This document shows positions 37,886 to 47,226 of a DNA stretch of 64,000 bases, in pieces. Position numbers and translations under genes: made by a program. This stretch comes from Dehalococcoidia bacterium. GTDB lineage: Bacteria; Chloroflexota; Dehalococcoidia; Lucifugimonadales; Lucifugimonadaceae. Under the pieces are notes generated by a model that was not told where the DNA came from, did no database searches, and worked only from the letters and a program-made list of their open reading frames with translations. The stretch lies in contig JAAZYI010000024.1 of NCBI GenBank assembly GCA_014239735.1, positions 58,670-122,669 on the forward strand, read 5' to 3'. Every line of letters begins with the position of its first letter. The stretch's first letter is position 1.

Positions 37886-38043
37886 TTTGAGGATTTATCA
37901 ATAAAGTCTTCAATCAATCTTTTGTATTCAGAAAGTATAAATTCTAGATTTTTTATACTCTCATCAAGCATAGATTTTCCCTCAATATCCATTGATTTTA
38001 TTTTTTTTAGGTTTTCTAAAGTTTCTGTGATTATCTCTCTCAT
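37882..38043 (-). CDS. candidate 53-aa helical protein, absent from the ORF track
   Basis: The ATG overlaps the ThDP-enzyme stop as TGATG. Fills the whole gap down to apt, with a convergent 4-nt overlap. No family recognised. Confidence 0.3.
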   Translation of the reverse strand: MREIITETLENLKKIKSMDIEGKSMLDESIKNLEFILSEYKRLIEDFIDKSSN

Positions 38044-39662
38044 CAGTCCCCTATTGTTCCTCCAAAATTATCTTGATATATCTTTGGGTCTATTCTTGCA
38101 TCTATTACAGTCGCTACTTCGCTTTTAAAAGCATTGATTAAAGCTTTTCTAAAATCTTCTGGATTATCGGCAGTTTCACCCTTCAATCCGCAAGATTTGG
38201 CAACTCCAGCAAAATCAACCATTTTTAGGTCTAACCCATAATCATCATAACCCCTAAACCCTTGCCTATATTTCATTGTTCCTAATGCGGCATCATTGAT
38301 TATGACTATTGGCCATTTTAAATTACTTCTTTTAATTGTTTCAAACTCACCTAATCTCATAAGCGTACTTCCGTCTGCGCCTATTCCCATTAAAGGGGTT
38401 TCATTATTTGTAGCTAAAGCTCCTCCTATATACGAAGGAATCATTAACCCCATGCTCCTGCCTCCAGAAGTTCCAAAATATTTTAATGGCTTGTCGAATT
38501 TCCAAGTATTTTCTAATAAAGCAATGAAAGCTCCAGTCTCAGTGAACAGTAAGCCATCTTTAGGAAGTATTTCCTTTGATATTTCTATAACATCTTGTGC
38601 TGCAAATATAGCACTTTTAGGCCTTGAAAATCTAGGATCTATATCCTTGTATATTTGATGTATTTCATCTGTTTTCCATCCAGTTTTTTCATTTGAATCC
38701 ATTAACATTTTGATTAAATCTTTTATATTGCCGCTACAAATTGTCTTTGGGCTGCTAGATAATGTCTTAGATTTTCTATTTGATACTATTTCAACTGTAT
38801 CAACTACTCCTTCAGGCCAAGGAGCATGCGTCATCATTTGGTCTGCTCCAATTAATATTATTAAATCTGAACCTGATGTTAGTATATTCGGCCTACTATT
38901 GTCTCCTTGTCCAAATGCTGTTGAAACACCTACCCATCTTTTATGGGTTTCAGGGAAAACTCCTCTTGCCTTCATTGTAGACAAGACTCCAGCCCCAATT
39001 TTTTCTGATAATTTCACTACTTCTTCTATTGCATCATCTTTTCTTGCGCCATCACCAATTAATATCATTGGTTTTTTAGAATTATTTATTAAATTAATGA
39101 TTTCTTTAATTTTATCAAATGAATTATTATGTCCTTTATCTTTTGGTCTTAATTTTTCATCTTCTGCTTCAATAAGCCCCATGTCAGATGGAAAGTCTAT
39201 AAGAACAGGTCCAGGCAATCCGTCGATGGAAGTACTGAATGCATTTCTAATTGAATGGGCAGGATTATCACTTGATAGTGTAATCATAGATTTTGTAACT
39301 GACTTCATTAGCCCTTGGTGGTCAGTATGCTGAACCATTTCATTTTCATAAGAATAATTAGGAGTAGTTTCACATACGCATACCACTGGCATTCTTTCGA
39401 AATACGCATTCGCTACCCCACCAGCCAAATTCCCTGCCCCTACGCCTTTTACTCCTAAGCATAACCCTGCAGATTCTTTGATCAATCCATAAGTTCCTGC
39501 AGCGATAGCAGCAGTAGATTCATGAGCTACATTAATAAAATGAAGATCAATATTTTTACCACTATCCATTAAATCTAAAGGGACCCCGCTACCAGGTATT
39601 CCAAAGAAATGATCATTTTTCATTTCTTTTGCTATTTTCATAAAAAGTTCACTTAAATTCAT
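38043..39662 (-). CDS. thiamine-diphosphate-dependent enzyme, acetolactate-synthase-like fold; substrate unknown
   Basis: 'FFGIPGSG' N-terminal Pyr domain. C-terminal ThDP motif 'GADGSTLM...IINDAALG'. Confidence 0.85.
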   Translation of the reverse strand: MNLSELFMKIAKEMKNDHFFGIPGSGVPLDLMDSGKNIDLHFINVAHESTAAIAAGTYGLIKESAGLCLGVKGVGAGNLAGGVANAYFERMPVVCVCETTPNYSYENEMVQHTDHQGLMKSVTKSMITLSSDNPAHSIRNAFSTSIDGLPGPVLIDFPSDMGLIEAEDEKLRPKDKGHNNSFDKIKEIINLINNSKKPMILIGDGARKDDAIEEVVKLSEKIGAGVLSTMKARGVFPETHKRWVGVSTAFGQGDNSRPNILTSGSDLIILIGADQMMTHAPWPEGVVDTVEIVSNRKSKTLSSSPKTICSGNIKDLIKMLMDSNEKTGWKTDEIHQIYKDIDPRFSRPKSAIFAAQDVIEISKEILPKDGLLFTETGAFIALLENTWKFDKPLKYFGTSGGRSMGLMIPSYIGGALATNNETPLMGIGADGSTLMRLGEFETIKRSNLKWPIVIINDAALGTMKYRQGFRGYDDYGLDLKMVDFAGVAKSCGLKGETADNPEDFRKALINAFKSEVATVIDARIDPKIYQDNFGGTIGD

Positions 39663-39687
39663 GTTTTCCTCTTTGAATTAATAATTT

Positions 39688-40299
39688 TTAATATGATACA
39701 TCAGTGTTATCTATATTTCTCCATAAATACCAGGAAGCAACTGTGCACCAAGGACTCCACATTTTTTTAAATTCGTTAAAATTAAAGTCTTTTTTACTAT
39801 TTTTATTGTATGAAAATTTAATTGATCTAATTATTCCTGCATCACCGACTGGGAGTACGTCGGGTCTGTTTAGATGAAATATTAGATACATATGAGCTGT
39901 CCATAGACCGATACCCTTGATCTTAGTTAGCTTATCTATTATTTCTTCATCATTTAGTTGATTAATATTATTGAAATTCAATTCTCCGTTAACAAACATA
40001 TAGGAAATTTCTTTGATATATTGTATTTTCATATTTGAAAGCCCGCATTCTCTAAGATTCATATTTGATTTTTTAAGTATTGAATTGGGGCTTAGATTGC
40101 ATAAATCTTTTAATTTATTCTCTATACTATTTGCAGCCTTAATTGATAACTGTTGCCCTATTATAGAATGCAGTAATGTTAAAAAGGGGTCAGGTGACTT
40201 CGTAAGCATCCCAGTGAAATTCTTATTTATTATTTTAGCTAATATTGGATCTCTTAAAGATAATTCTTTTGTTGCTCTATCCCAATATGCAGGCTTCAT
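39688..40299 (-). CDS. alkA: DNA-3-methyladenine glycosylase II (HhH-GPD, AlkA-like)
   Basis: 'IIGQQLS..AA', 'IKGIGLWTAHMYLIF', 'DVLPVGDAGI', including the catalytic Asp context. Confidence 0.8.
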   Translation of the reverse strand: MKPAYWDRATKELSLRDPILAKIINKNFTGMLTKSPDPFLTLLHSIIGQQLSIKAANSIENKLKDLCNLSPNSILKKSNMNLRECGLSNMKIQYIKEISYMFVNGELNFNNINQLNDEEIIDKLTKIKGIGLWTAHMYLIFHLNRPDVLPVGDAGIIRSIKFSYNKNSKKDFNFNEFKKMWSPWCTVASWYLWRNIDNTDVSY

Positions 40300-40301
40300 A
40301 C

Positions 40302-40490
40302 TTAACTATTTTCTGTAGGTCGGGCGCATTCCCACCTATCTCTAGCTTCCCAGGTGCATTGCATTTTTTTTGAATCGCTATAATAAATAAATAAAATTAT
40401 TATTAATCCTGTAAAAACCAAAGGAAGTATCCATATAGATCTAAAAGGCTTAGTGTTTATCCAAAAATTGTATATCGTCTTTAGGTTCAT
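40302..40490 (-). CDS. small single-pass membrane protein (62 aa)
   Basis: Hydrophobic 'IWILPLVFTGLIIILFIYY'. Packed between pepN and alkA with gaps of 12 nt and 2 nt. Confidence 0.45.
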   Translation of the reverse strand: MNLKTIYNFWINTKPFRSIWILPLVFTGLIIILFIYYSDSKKMQCTWEARDRWECARPTENS

Positions 40491-40502
40491 TAATTTGCCT
40501 CC

Positions 40503-43025
40503 TTATCTTAACCAACTGTTTAATTTTTCTTTTTGATAATTAACAAAGTTAATATTTTGATACATTTTTTCTAAATTTTGATCAATAGTTTTTTGTCCTT
40601 GAGGGATAGGGTTATTTTTGAAAAATAAATTAATTCTATCTGCTAATTTTTCATTTGAAATTATTTTAATTCCTCCGAAAATTCTAGGCACTGCATTATC
40701 AGGGAATTTTTTAATTATATCTGCCCAGTTATTTTCAATAAAATTCCATGTTTTTTCCGAATGCCTATAATTCCTAAGTGCATAAGCGATTAAATATGGA
40801 GCATCTTGGTTTTTTATGTTGTCAGACAATGAAGCATCAAGTGTTTTTTCTAGTAATTTTGGATCTCTAAATTCTGCTAATGAATATAAAAATCTCATTT
40901 TTTCTTGCGGTGTCTCTCCATCTGTATATTTCAGAAAGTAATCTTTGTAAGTTTTTTCACTTCCATAATACGCAACAGATGCAATTGCAGATGCAATTAT
41001 ATTTGGATCTATAGAGCCTTTATTTGAATTGTGTTGTTTATATATTTCATTGAGCTTATTGATATATTTTTTATTTTCGCATGTTATTGAAAGAGTTTTA
41101 TATATTATTGCCCTTAGTTCTTTGATTTTTAAGCTTTCTTCATTTTTTGAATCTTCATCTATTTTTCCTAAAAGATTTAAAGCATAATTTTCTATTATTG
41201 ATATATATTTTGATTCAAGTTCTTCATGCGTATGTCTTTTTAAAGAGGATATTGTTGATAATATTAGGGATTGTAGTTCAGGATCCGTGTCTTGGTTAAA
41301 ATATAGAGAATTATTTAAAAATTTATCAATTGGAATTCTACAAGATACAGAGCTTGCCCAAAGATCATCAATCAGTGAAAATTTCTCCGATTTATTTAAA
41401 AATTTTATATTATTTAAGAAATCTTTTGATATTTCATATTCGCTCCTATAAAAACCATTAGCATTTGAATTGCCTGAAATTAAATTAATTTCTGAATCAA
41501 TCTTAATTTCACCTGACTCTTCTTCTAAAAGTATTTTTTTTGAATTAACTTTTCCATCTAATTCATATTTAATATTTATAGGGACTTTCCAAATAGTTTC
41601 ATCATTAGAATTGTCATATCTAAATGTTGATTGGGTTATATTAAGGCTATTATTTTCATTTTTGATAGATATTCTAGGAAATCCTGGCTGAAGGATCCAC
41701 GAATTCATAGTTTCTCTTACTGGTATTGAAGAAAATTCTTCAATGCTTTCCCATAAATCTTCAGTTTCAGTATTTGAAAATTCATGCTTATTTAGATAGC
41801 TTCTTATCCCATCTCTAAAAGGCTCTTCACCTACATATTGCTCTAGCATTCTTAATACTGCCCCACCCTTTTCGTATGTTAAAAGATCAAACATAGCAGT
41901 TGCATCATCAGGTGATACAACATCATATTCAATTGGTCTTGTTGATTTCAGCGAATCAACATCAAATGCTGCTGACTTTTCAATTCCAAACTCAACCCAT
42001 CTCTCCCATTCAGGATTAAATTTATCTACTGCTTTTGTAGCCATGAATGTAGCAAAAGCTTCGTTTAGCCATATTCCATTCCACCATTTCATAGTAACTA
42101 GGTCACCAAACCACATATGAGCAATTTCATGCATAACAACATCAGCAATTCGTGTTAATTCTCCTTCTGTTGCTTCATCTTTATTTACAAGTAGCAATGC
42201 TTCTCTGTATGTAATACAACCTAAATTTTCCATTGCTCCAGACGCAAAATCTGGTATGGCTATCATGTCTAATTTATCTCCAGGATAAGGTCTTCCAAAG
42301 TAATTAGAAAAATATTTAAGAGCGAATTTTCCTGTTTCTATAGCAAAATCAGTTAAATGAGATTTTCCAATAGCATGCACTATTCTTAGCGGAATTCCAT
42401 CTACCATGACCTCATCCGTAGCCTCAAATGGACCTATGACGAATGCAACTAAATAAGTCGACATTTTTATAGAATCTTCAAATTCATATATATCATGAGA
42501 ATCAGTATTCACAATACTCTTAATTCCTGTATTAGAAACTGTGAATAAGCCTTTTGGAACTTTTAGCGTGATAGAAAATATTGATTTAAATTCTGGTTCG
42601 TCGAAACATGGAAAAGCACGCCTTGCATCAGTGCTTTCAAATTGCGTAGTTCCTATTTTATGATCTACTCCATTATCATCTTTATATCTAGATAGATAAA
42701 ATCCTCTTAGAGAATTATCAAGATCCCCGAAAAATATCATCTTTAGTCTATACTCCCCAGGTTCTATATCTTGATCAAAATTAATCGATATAGTTTCATG
42801 CTCTTTGTCTTCTACAATATTTTTTGATTCTAACCCTACATCTATTATTTCAGCTTTATTTATAACTAGGCCAATTGAGTTTAATTTTATCGAATTTGTC
42901 TTTTCTTTTATTGTTACTGAAATTATTTCAGACCCATTAAATTTTTCATTATCTAGATCGGGTTCTATTGTTATCGAATAGTAGTTTGGTGTAACTGATT
43001 TTGGTAATCTATATTTGTTTTCCAT
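40503..43025 (-). CDS. pepN: aminopeptidase N (M1 family)
   Basis: 'GAMEN', 'HEIAHMWFGD' (HEXXH), 'WLNEAFA', 840 aa. Confidence 0.95.
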   Translation of the reverse strand: MENKYRLPKSVTPNYYSITIEPDLDNEKFNGSEIISVTIKEKTNSIKLNSIGLVINKAEIIDVGLESKNIVEDKEHETISINFDQDIEPGEYRLKMIFFGDLDNSLRGFYLSRYKDDNGVDHKIGTTQFESTDARRAFPCFDEPEFKSIFSITLKVPKGLFTVSNTGIKSIVNTDSHDIYEFEDSIKMSTYLVAFVIGPFEATDEVMVDGIPLRIVHAIGKSHLTDFAIETGKFALKYFSNYFGRPYPGDKLDMIAIPDFASGAMENLGCITYREALLLVNKDEATEGELTRIADVVMHEIAHMWFGDLVTMKWWNGIWLNEAFATFMATKAVDKFNPEWERWVEFGIEKSAAFDVDSLKSTRPIEYDVVSPDDATAMFDLLTYEKGGAVLRMLEQYVGEEPFRDGIRSYLNKHEFSNTETEDLWESIEEFSSIPVRETMNSWILQPGFPRISIKNENNSLNITQSTFRYDNSNDETIWKVPINIKYELDGKVNSKKILLEEESGEIKIDSEINLISGNSNANGFYRSEYEISKDFLNNIKFLNKSEKFSLIDDLWASSVSCRIPIDKFLNNSLYFNQDTDPELQSLILSTISSLKRHTHEELESKYISIIENYALNLLGKIDEDSKNEESLKIKELRAIIYKTLSITCENKKYINKLNEIYKQHNSNKGSIDPNIIASAIASVAYYGSEKTYKDYFLKYTDGETPQEKMRFLYSLAEFRDPKLLEKTLDASLSDNIKNQDAPYLIAYALRNYRHSEKTWNFIENNWADIIKKFPDNAVPRIFGGIKIISNEKLADRINLFFKNNPIPQGQKTIDQNLEKMYQNINFVNYQKEKLNSWLR

Positions 43026-43032
43026 ATTCTCC

Positions 43033-43905
43033 TTATAGTTCTCTAAATCCTTCTATTCCTATGCTTATTGCTATTGCAATCATTGCAAAAGATAATAATT
43101 TCATCATTAATCTTCCTTTTAATCTTTTTGAAATTATAACTCCAAATTGAGACCCTATTATAGCTCCTACCCCCAAAGGCAATACTGCCTGTGTATTCAC
43201 ATTTCCATTTATATAGTGCGCCGCAGATCCAAAAATAGTATAAATTGACATAGTTGCAATAGATGTTGCTGTAGCAACTTTTACAGGAAAATTAAAAAAA
43301 TAGACTAATGTTGGAGTCCTTACTGGGCAACCACCAATTCCAAAAAAACTAGAAATAAACCCAAACAAAGTATTAATAGCTGTTGCAGTTGGTTCTATAA
43401 AATTGTATTTGAAATATTCACCTGTAGTAGGAGTAATAGTTCTGTAAACTCTCCACCACCCTCTTTTATTTTTACTAATTATTTTCTTTTCTTTACTTGT
43501 TATTTTTTCTGACTTTGAAGGACTCCAGAAAACGTATAAACCAGTTAGAATTAGTATAATTGAAAACAATATATTAAAAAGGGCGCTATCTACTTTTTCA
43601 AGTCCAATAACTGCAAGAATAGCGCCAGGCATTGCTGCGATACTGAATAAAAGCGCACTTCTAATATCAACAATTTTTAATCTTAAGTATGATATGGCTC
43701 CAGATATTGATGCTACAGAAACACAGACTAAACTTGTGCCTACTGCTTCCTTATTTTCCCAGCCAAAAACTAGGATTAATATTGGGCCAATAATAAATCC
43801 GCCACCGGCACCTACAAGCACTCCATAAGATGTAGCTATTATTCCAACAGTAAGAAATGCTAGAAAAAGTAAAATTACACTAAACTCCATAATTACTAGC
43901 TCCAT
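43033..43905 (-). CDS. TauE/SafE-family anion (sulfite-type) exporter
   Basis: Polytopic membrane protein with two repeats, 'GAGGGFIIGPIL' and 'FFGIGG'. Confidence 0.78.
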   Translation of the reverse strand: MELVIMEFSVILLFLAFLTVGIIATSYGVLVGAGGGFIIGPILILVFGWENKEAVGTSLVCVSVASISGAISYLRLKIVDIRSALLFSIAAMPGAILAVIGLEKVDSALFNILFSIILILTGLYVFWSPSKSEKITSKEKKIISKNKRGWWRVYRTITPTTGEYFKYNFIEPTATAINTLFGFISSFFGIGGCPVRTPTLVYFFNFPVKVATATSIATMSIYTIFGSAAHYINGNVNTQAVLPLGVGAIIGSQFGVIISKRLKGRLMMKLLSFAMIAIAISIGIEGFREL

Positions 43906-45242
43906 GTCCTATCATGTGAATCAAGATTAGTCCATTCATCTGTAGGCTCAAAAGCTCCAGCAGGATAAATTTCTAATTCAGTTGATGACCCACCCCACCC
44001 ATCAGGATTTGTGTTTAAGTGTTCTTTTACTGCATCTTCATTAAGCTCTATTCCAAGACCAGGTGACTCAGGAACTTTAACAAAACCATTGTTAATAATT
44101 TTATCTGTTTCTCCTGTTACTAAATCATCCCACCAAGGATTATCAACAGAATGCATTTCAAGCCCAATAAATCCTTCAGTTGCTGCTGCACAATGAACAT
44201 TTGCCATAGCAACTACTGGCGATCCAGCTTGATGCAATGCCATTGGGATCCCTTTTTGTTGTGCGTAGTCACCAATCCTTTTGGTTTCAAGAATTCCTCC
44301 AGAAGTTGCTAAGTCTGGGTGAACTACAGAAACTGCTTCATTATCAATTAAGTCCTTAAATCCTTCTAATAAATATATATCTTCACCTGTGCAGACTGGC
44401 GTTGCAACAGAATTTTTTAATTGTTTCCACTGGTTGGTATATTGCCAGGGAATCATATCCTCATACCATGCTAAAGAATATTGATCTAATTCTCTGCCAA
44501 GCCTAATACAGCTTTCTAATCCAATGTGACCAAAATGATCTGTGGCAATTGGTGTCTCATAACCAACAATGTCTCTTACAACTTTTACATATTCAGATAT
44601 AGCTTTTATTCCAATATCAGTGAGCTGGATTCCTGTGAATGGATGCATTGTATTTTGAGCTTCTACCATCATGCTTTTTAATGACCCTCCGGTCGCACTT
44701 TCTTCAACAGTTCCTTTTTGGAAGTCATTTGGGAAAATTAATCCACCTTCAACTTTTTCTGCAATCCAGACCCCTATGTCCATTTTAAGATAGGTAAAAC
44801 CTCTTTCTACTCGCTTTTTAAGTGCATTTCCCATTTCAACTGGATCATCCTTAGAAGGCGTATCTGAGTAAACCCTTATTTGATCTCTATATTTACCACC
44901 AGCTAACATATATGCAGGGACACCGTAAGCCTTGCCAGCTAAATCCATTAATGCCATCTCTATTCCGCATACTCCTCCGCCTAGTCTTCCATGGCCTCCA
45001 AATTGCGTAATTTTTCTAAATAATCTTTCCACATCACATGGGTTCTCGCCCATTAATCTACTTTTTAAAAGTAATGCATATCGAGCACTAGCACCATCCC
45101 TGACTTCTCCAAGTCCAACCAATCCCTGATTTGTATATAATTTAATAATTGGCCACCTCCAATTATTTTCTCCAACAACTGCAATTCTCATATCTGTTAT
45201 TTTCAAATCACTTGGTTTTGAGTTGGTGTTGACTGAATTCAT
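43896..45242 (-). CDS. enolase-superfamily enzyme (mandelate racemase/muconate-lactonizing; acid-sugar dehydratase-like)
   Basis: 'KITDMRI', 'GLVGLGE', 'ALMDLAGKAYGVP', 'YLKMD', 'WYED'. Metal-ligand contexts present. Confidence 0.85.
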   Translation of the reverse strand: MNSVNTNSKPSDLKITDMRIAVVGENNWRWPIIKLYTNQGLVGLGEVRDGASARYALLLKSRLMGENPCDVERLFRKITQFGGHGRLGGGVCGIEMALMDLAGKAYGVPAYMLAGGKYRDQIRVYSDTPSKDDPVEMGNALKKRVERGFTYLKMDIGVWIAEKVEGGLIFPNDFQKGTVEESATGGSLKSMMVEAQNTMHPFTGIQLTDIGIKAISEYVKVVRDIVGYETPIATDHFGHIGLESCIRLGRELDQYSLAWYEDMIPWQYTNQWKQLKNSVATPVCTGEDIYLLEGFKDLIDNEAVSVVHPDLATSGGILETKRIGDYAQQKGIPMALHQAGSPVVAMANVHCAAATEGFIGLEMHSVDNPWWDDLVTGETDKIINNGFVKVPESPGLGIELNEDAVKEHLNTNPDGWGGSSTELEIYPAGAFEPTDEWTNLDSHDRTWS

Positions 45243-45313
45243 TGATTTTCCTTTCTAAATTAAATATAAAAACCTAAACGGATATTAAAGCTAATTTAGT
45301 ATAAAATCAACGA

Positions 45314-46219
45314 ATGGAATTTTGGATTATATTTTCACTAACCAGTTCTTTTTTATTCGCTATAGTAAGTGTTATAGACAAGTATGGGGTCTTTGACTCT
45401 ACAAATTTATCCCCTAAATTCCTTAATATGTATGTTGGTTTTAGTAATGCGATAGTAGGAGCTATTGTGTTATTGTTTTTCGGCGTAACTGACTTCTTCT
45501 CCTCAATTACCTTATTAGCTTTGACTGTAGGAATGATTCAAGGTTTAAGCTTAATCATATTATTTTGGTCTCTGAAAAATAATGATGTGACGCGTGTCAT
45601 GCCAATATGGAGCGCATACCCAATATGGGTCCTCTTAATTGCATTAACACTAACTAATGAAGTTCTAACTTTTAGTCAATTGCTATGCATCCTTTTATTA
45701 ATTTCAGGCAGCATAATAGCGAATATAAAAATTGATAAATCAAGCCCATTAAAATTTTCAATTAAATCTTTTATTATTTTAATTTTTGGGACGTTGCTAT
45801 TTGGGTTATCTCAAGTCATAAATAAAGAGGTTGTTCAGAATATCCCTGTAATTGAAGCATTTGGATTTCGAGGAATAGGAGTATGCTTAACTTTGGCAAT
45901 TCCATTCTCAAAACGTGATAATTTAGTGTTTCTTGCTAAATATGTATCAAATTGGAAAAAGAGCAAGTATATTTTTACTGCAGAAACTTTTTTAGCAACT
46001 TTTGCTTATTTAACAATTTTATATTCTCTAGTTAATGGCCCAGTCTCTCTTGTTGCCGCTATTTCTGGTACAAGGCCAGTATTTATAGTAGTTATTTATA
46101 CTGTTTTGGGAATTCTGAGAGTAAATATTTCTGAATCTTTTTCAAAAAATGAAGTTGTGGTAAAAATCATTTCTGCTATATTTGTTTCAATGGGGGTATT
46201 TGGAATTGCATTCTTTTAA
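45314..46219 (+). CDS. EamA/DMT-family transporter
   Basis: About 10 hydrophobic segments arranged as two EamA-like halves. Confidence 0.78.
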   Translation: MEFWIIFSLTSSFLFAIVSVIDKYGVFDSTNLSPKFLNMYVGFSNAIVGAIVLLFFGVTDFFSSITLLALTVGMIQGLSLIILFWSLKNNDVTRVMPIWSAYPIWVLLIALTLTNEVLTFSQLLCILLLISGSIIANIKIDKSSPLKFSIKSFIILIFGTLLFGLSQVINKEVVQNIPVIEAFGFRGIGVCLTLAIPFSKRDNLVFLAKYVSNWKKSKYIFTAETFLATFAYLTILYSLVNGPVSLVAAISGTRPVFIVVIYTVLGILRVNISESFSKNEVVVKIISAIFVSMGVFGIAFF

Positions 46220-47217
46220 CAATAAGATTGGAGTAGCACAAATTGGTTCTAAACATGGGCATGCAACTTCAGTTTTATCCACGATTTTAAATAATCCAAA
46301 AGTAAATTTTTATGGTATTTTTGAGCCTGACATAGAAAAAAGAAATGAACTCAAAAAAAACAAATTCTTTCCATGGAATAAAGTTAATTTTATTGAGAAT
46401 GAAGATGAGATTTATGCTCCAGAAATTATTGCGATTGCATCTGAAGGTTCAAATATAGAATCTTTAAAACAAACAAAAAAAAATTCTTATGAAGGGTAAA
46501 AATGTTTTTTATGATAAGCCCGCCGGAGATAACTTCAAAGAATTTCAGCAATGCATAAAAATAGCTAAAGATAATGATCTTCATATTCAGATGGGTTATA
46601 TGTTTAGAAATCACAAAGGATTTCAAGCATTGATTGATATTTCTAAATCTGGACGTATAGGAGATATTTTTTCCCTAAGGGCACACATGTCTACTTCTAT
46701 TCAAGAGCCAATGAGGAAGCAAATTTCTGACCATAGAGGAGGCATATTTTTTGATTTGGCGGGGCATATTTTAGACCAACTTGTTTATTTAATGGGGAGG
46801 CCAGATAAAATAACAAGTTTTATTAGGAAAGATATAACCAGAACAGCTAATTTTTATGATAATTGTGTGTGTGTTTATGAATTTAAAAATGCATTTGCTA
46901 CTGTTGATATTTCATCAGCTGAAGCAACGCCAATGGCTAGAAGGTTTGAAATATATGGAACTAAAGGCAGTTTGATAATGGAGCCATTCGAGCCTGCACA
47001 AACTATAAGAGCAATAATACCTAATGAAAAACCCAATGAGTTTTATATATCAATAAAAGATTACATTGCGTCTTTTGGAGGTAATGATACTGCCAGATAT
47101 ATTGAAGGATTTGATAGGTTTATAGATATAATAAGTGGTAAATTAAAGCCAGATAGAACGCTTGAACATGAACTGCTTGTTCAGGAAACACTTCTCAGGT
47201 CAGTCAGTCTGTTGTAG
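46206..47217 (+). pseudogene. Gfo/Idh/MocA-family oxidoreductase split into two frames at an A9 run (46475-46483)
   Basis: N-terminal Rossmann half 'KIGVAQIGSKHGH...' stops at 46499. The +1 frame continues 'KKILMKGKNVFYDKPAG...' (EKP-type motif) to 47217. Removing one A restores one protein of about 340 aa. There is no in-frame ATG near the N-terminus (TTG at 46200 or 46206). Confidence 0.65.
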
Positions 47218-47226
47218 TGTATTAAT

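Noticed and set aside
37922-38128. 68-aa plus-strand ORF between apt and the ThDP enzyme
   Set aside because: It runs into the ThDP-enzyme coding region on the opposite strand and its translation is low-complexity. The minus-strand 53-codon ORF is a marginally better explanation of the gap.
38710-39333. 207-aa plus-strand ORF (and the 120-aa ORF at 38296-38658) inside the ThDP-enzyme gene
   Set aside because: These ORFs are antisense to a gene with clear ThDP-enzyme motifs over its full length. Their translations are low-complexity (Ser/Ile/Leu/Phe-rich), as expected for the antisense frame. No independent start context is visible.
38043-43905. Idea that the ThDP enzyme is sulfoacetaldehyde acetyltransferase (Xsc) working with the TauE-family exporter in sulfonate degradation
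   Set aside because: The two genes are separated by alkA, a small ORF and pepN. The ThDP enzyme is generic by eye and seems shorter than I recall for Xsc enzymes. No pta, tauXY or similar genes are nearby. I cannot support this from sequence alone.
46426-46626. 66-aa minus-strand ORF across the Gfo/Idh/MocA frameshift site
   Set aside because: It is antisense to both halves of the oxidoreductase. Family motifs on the plus strand explain the region.
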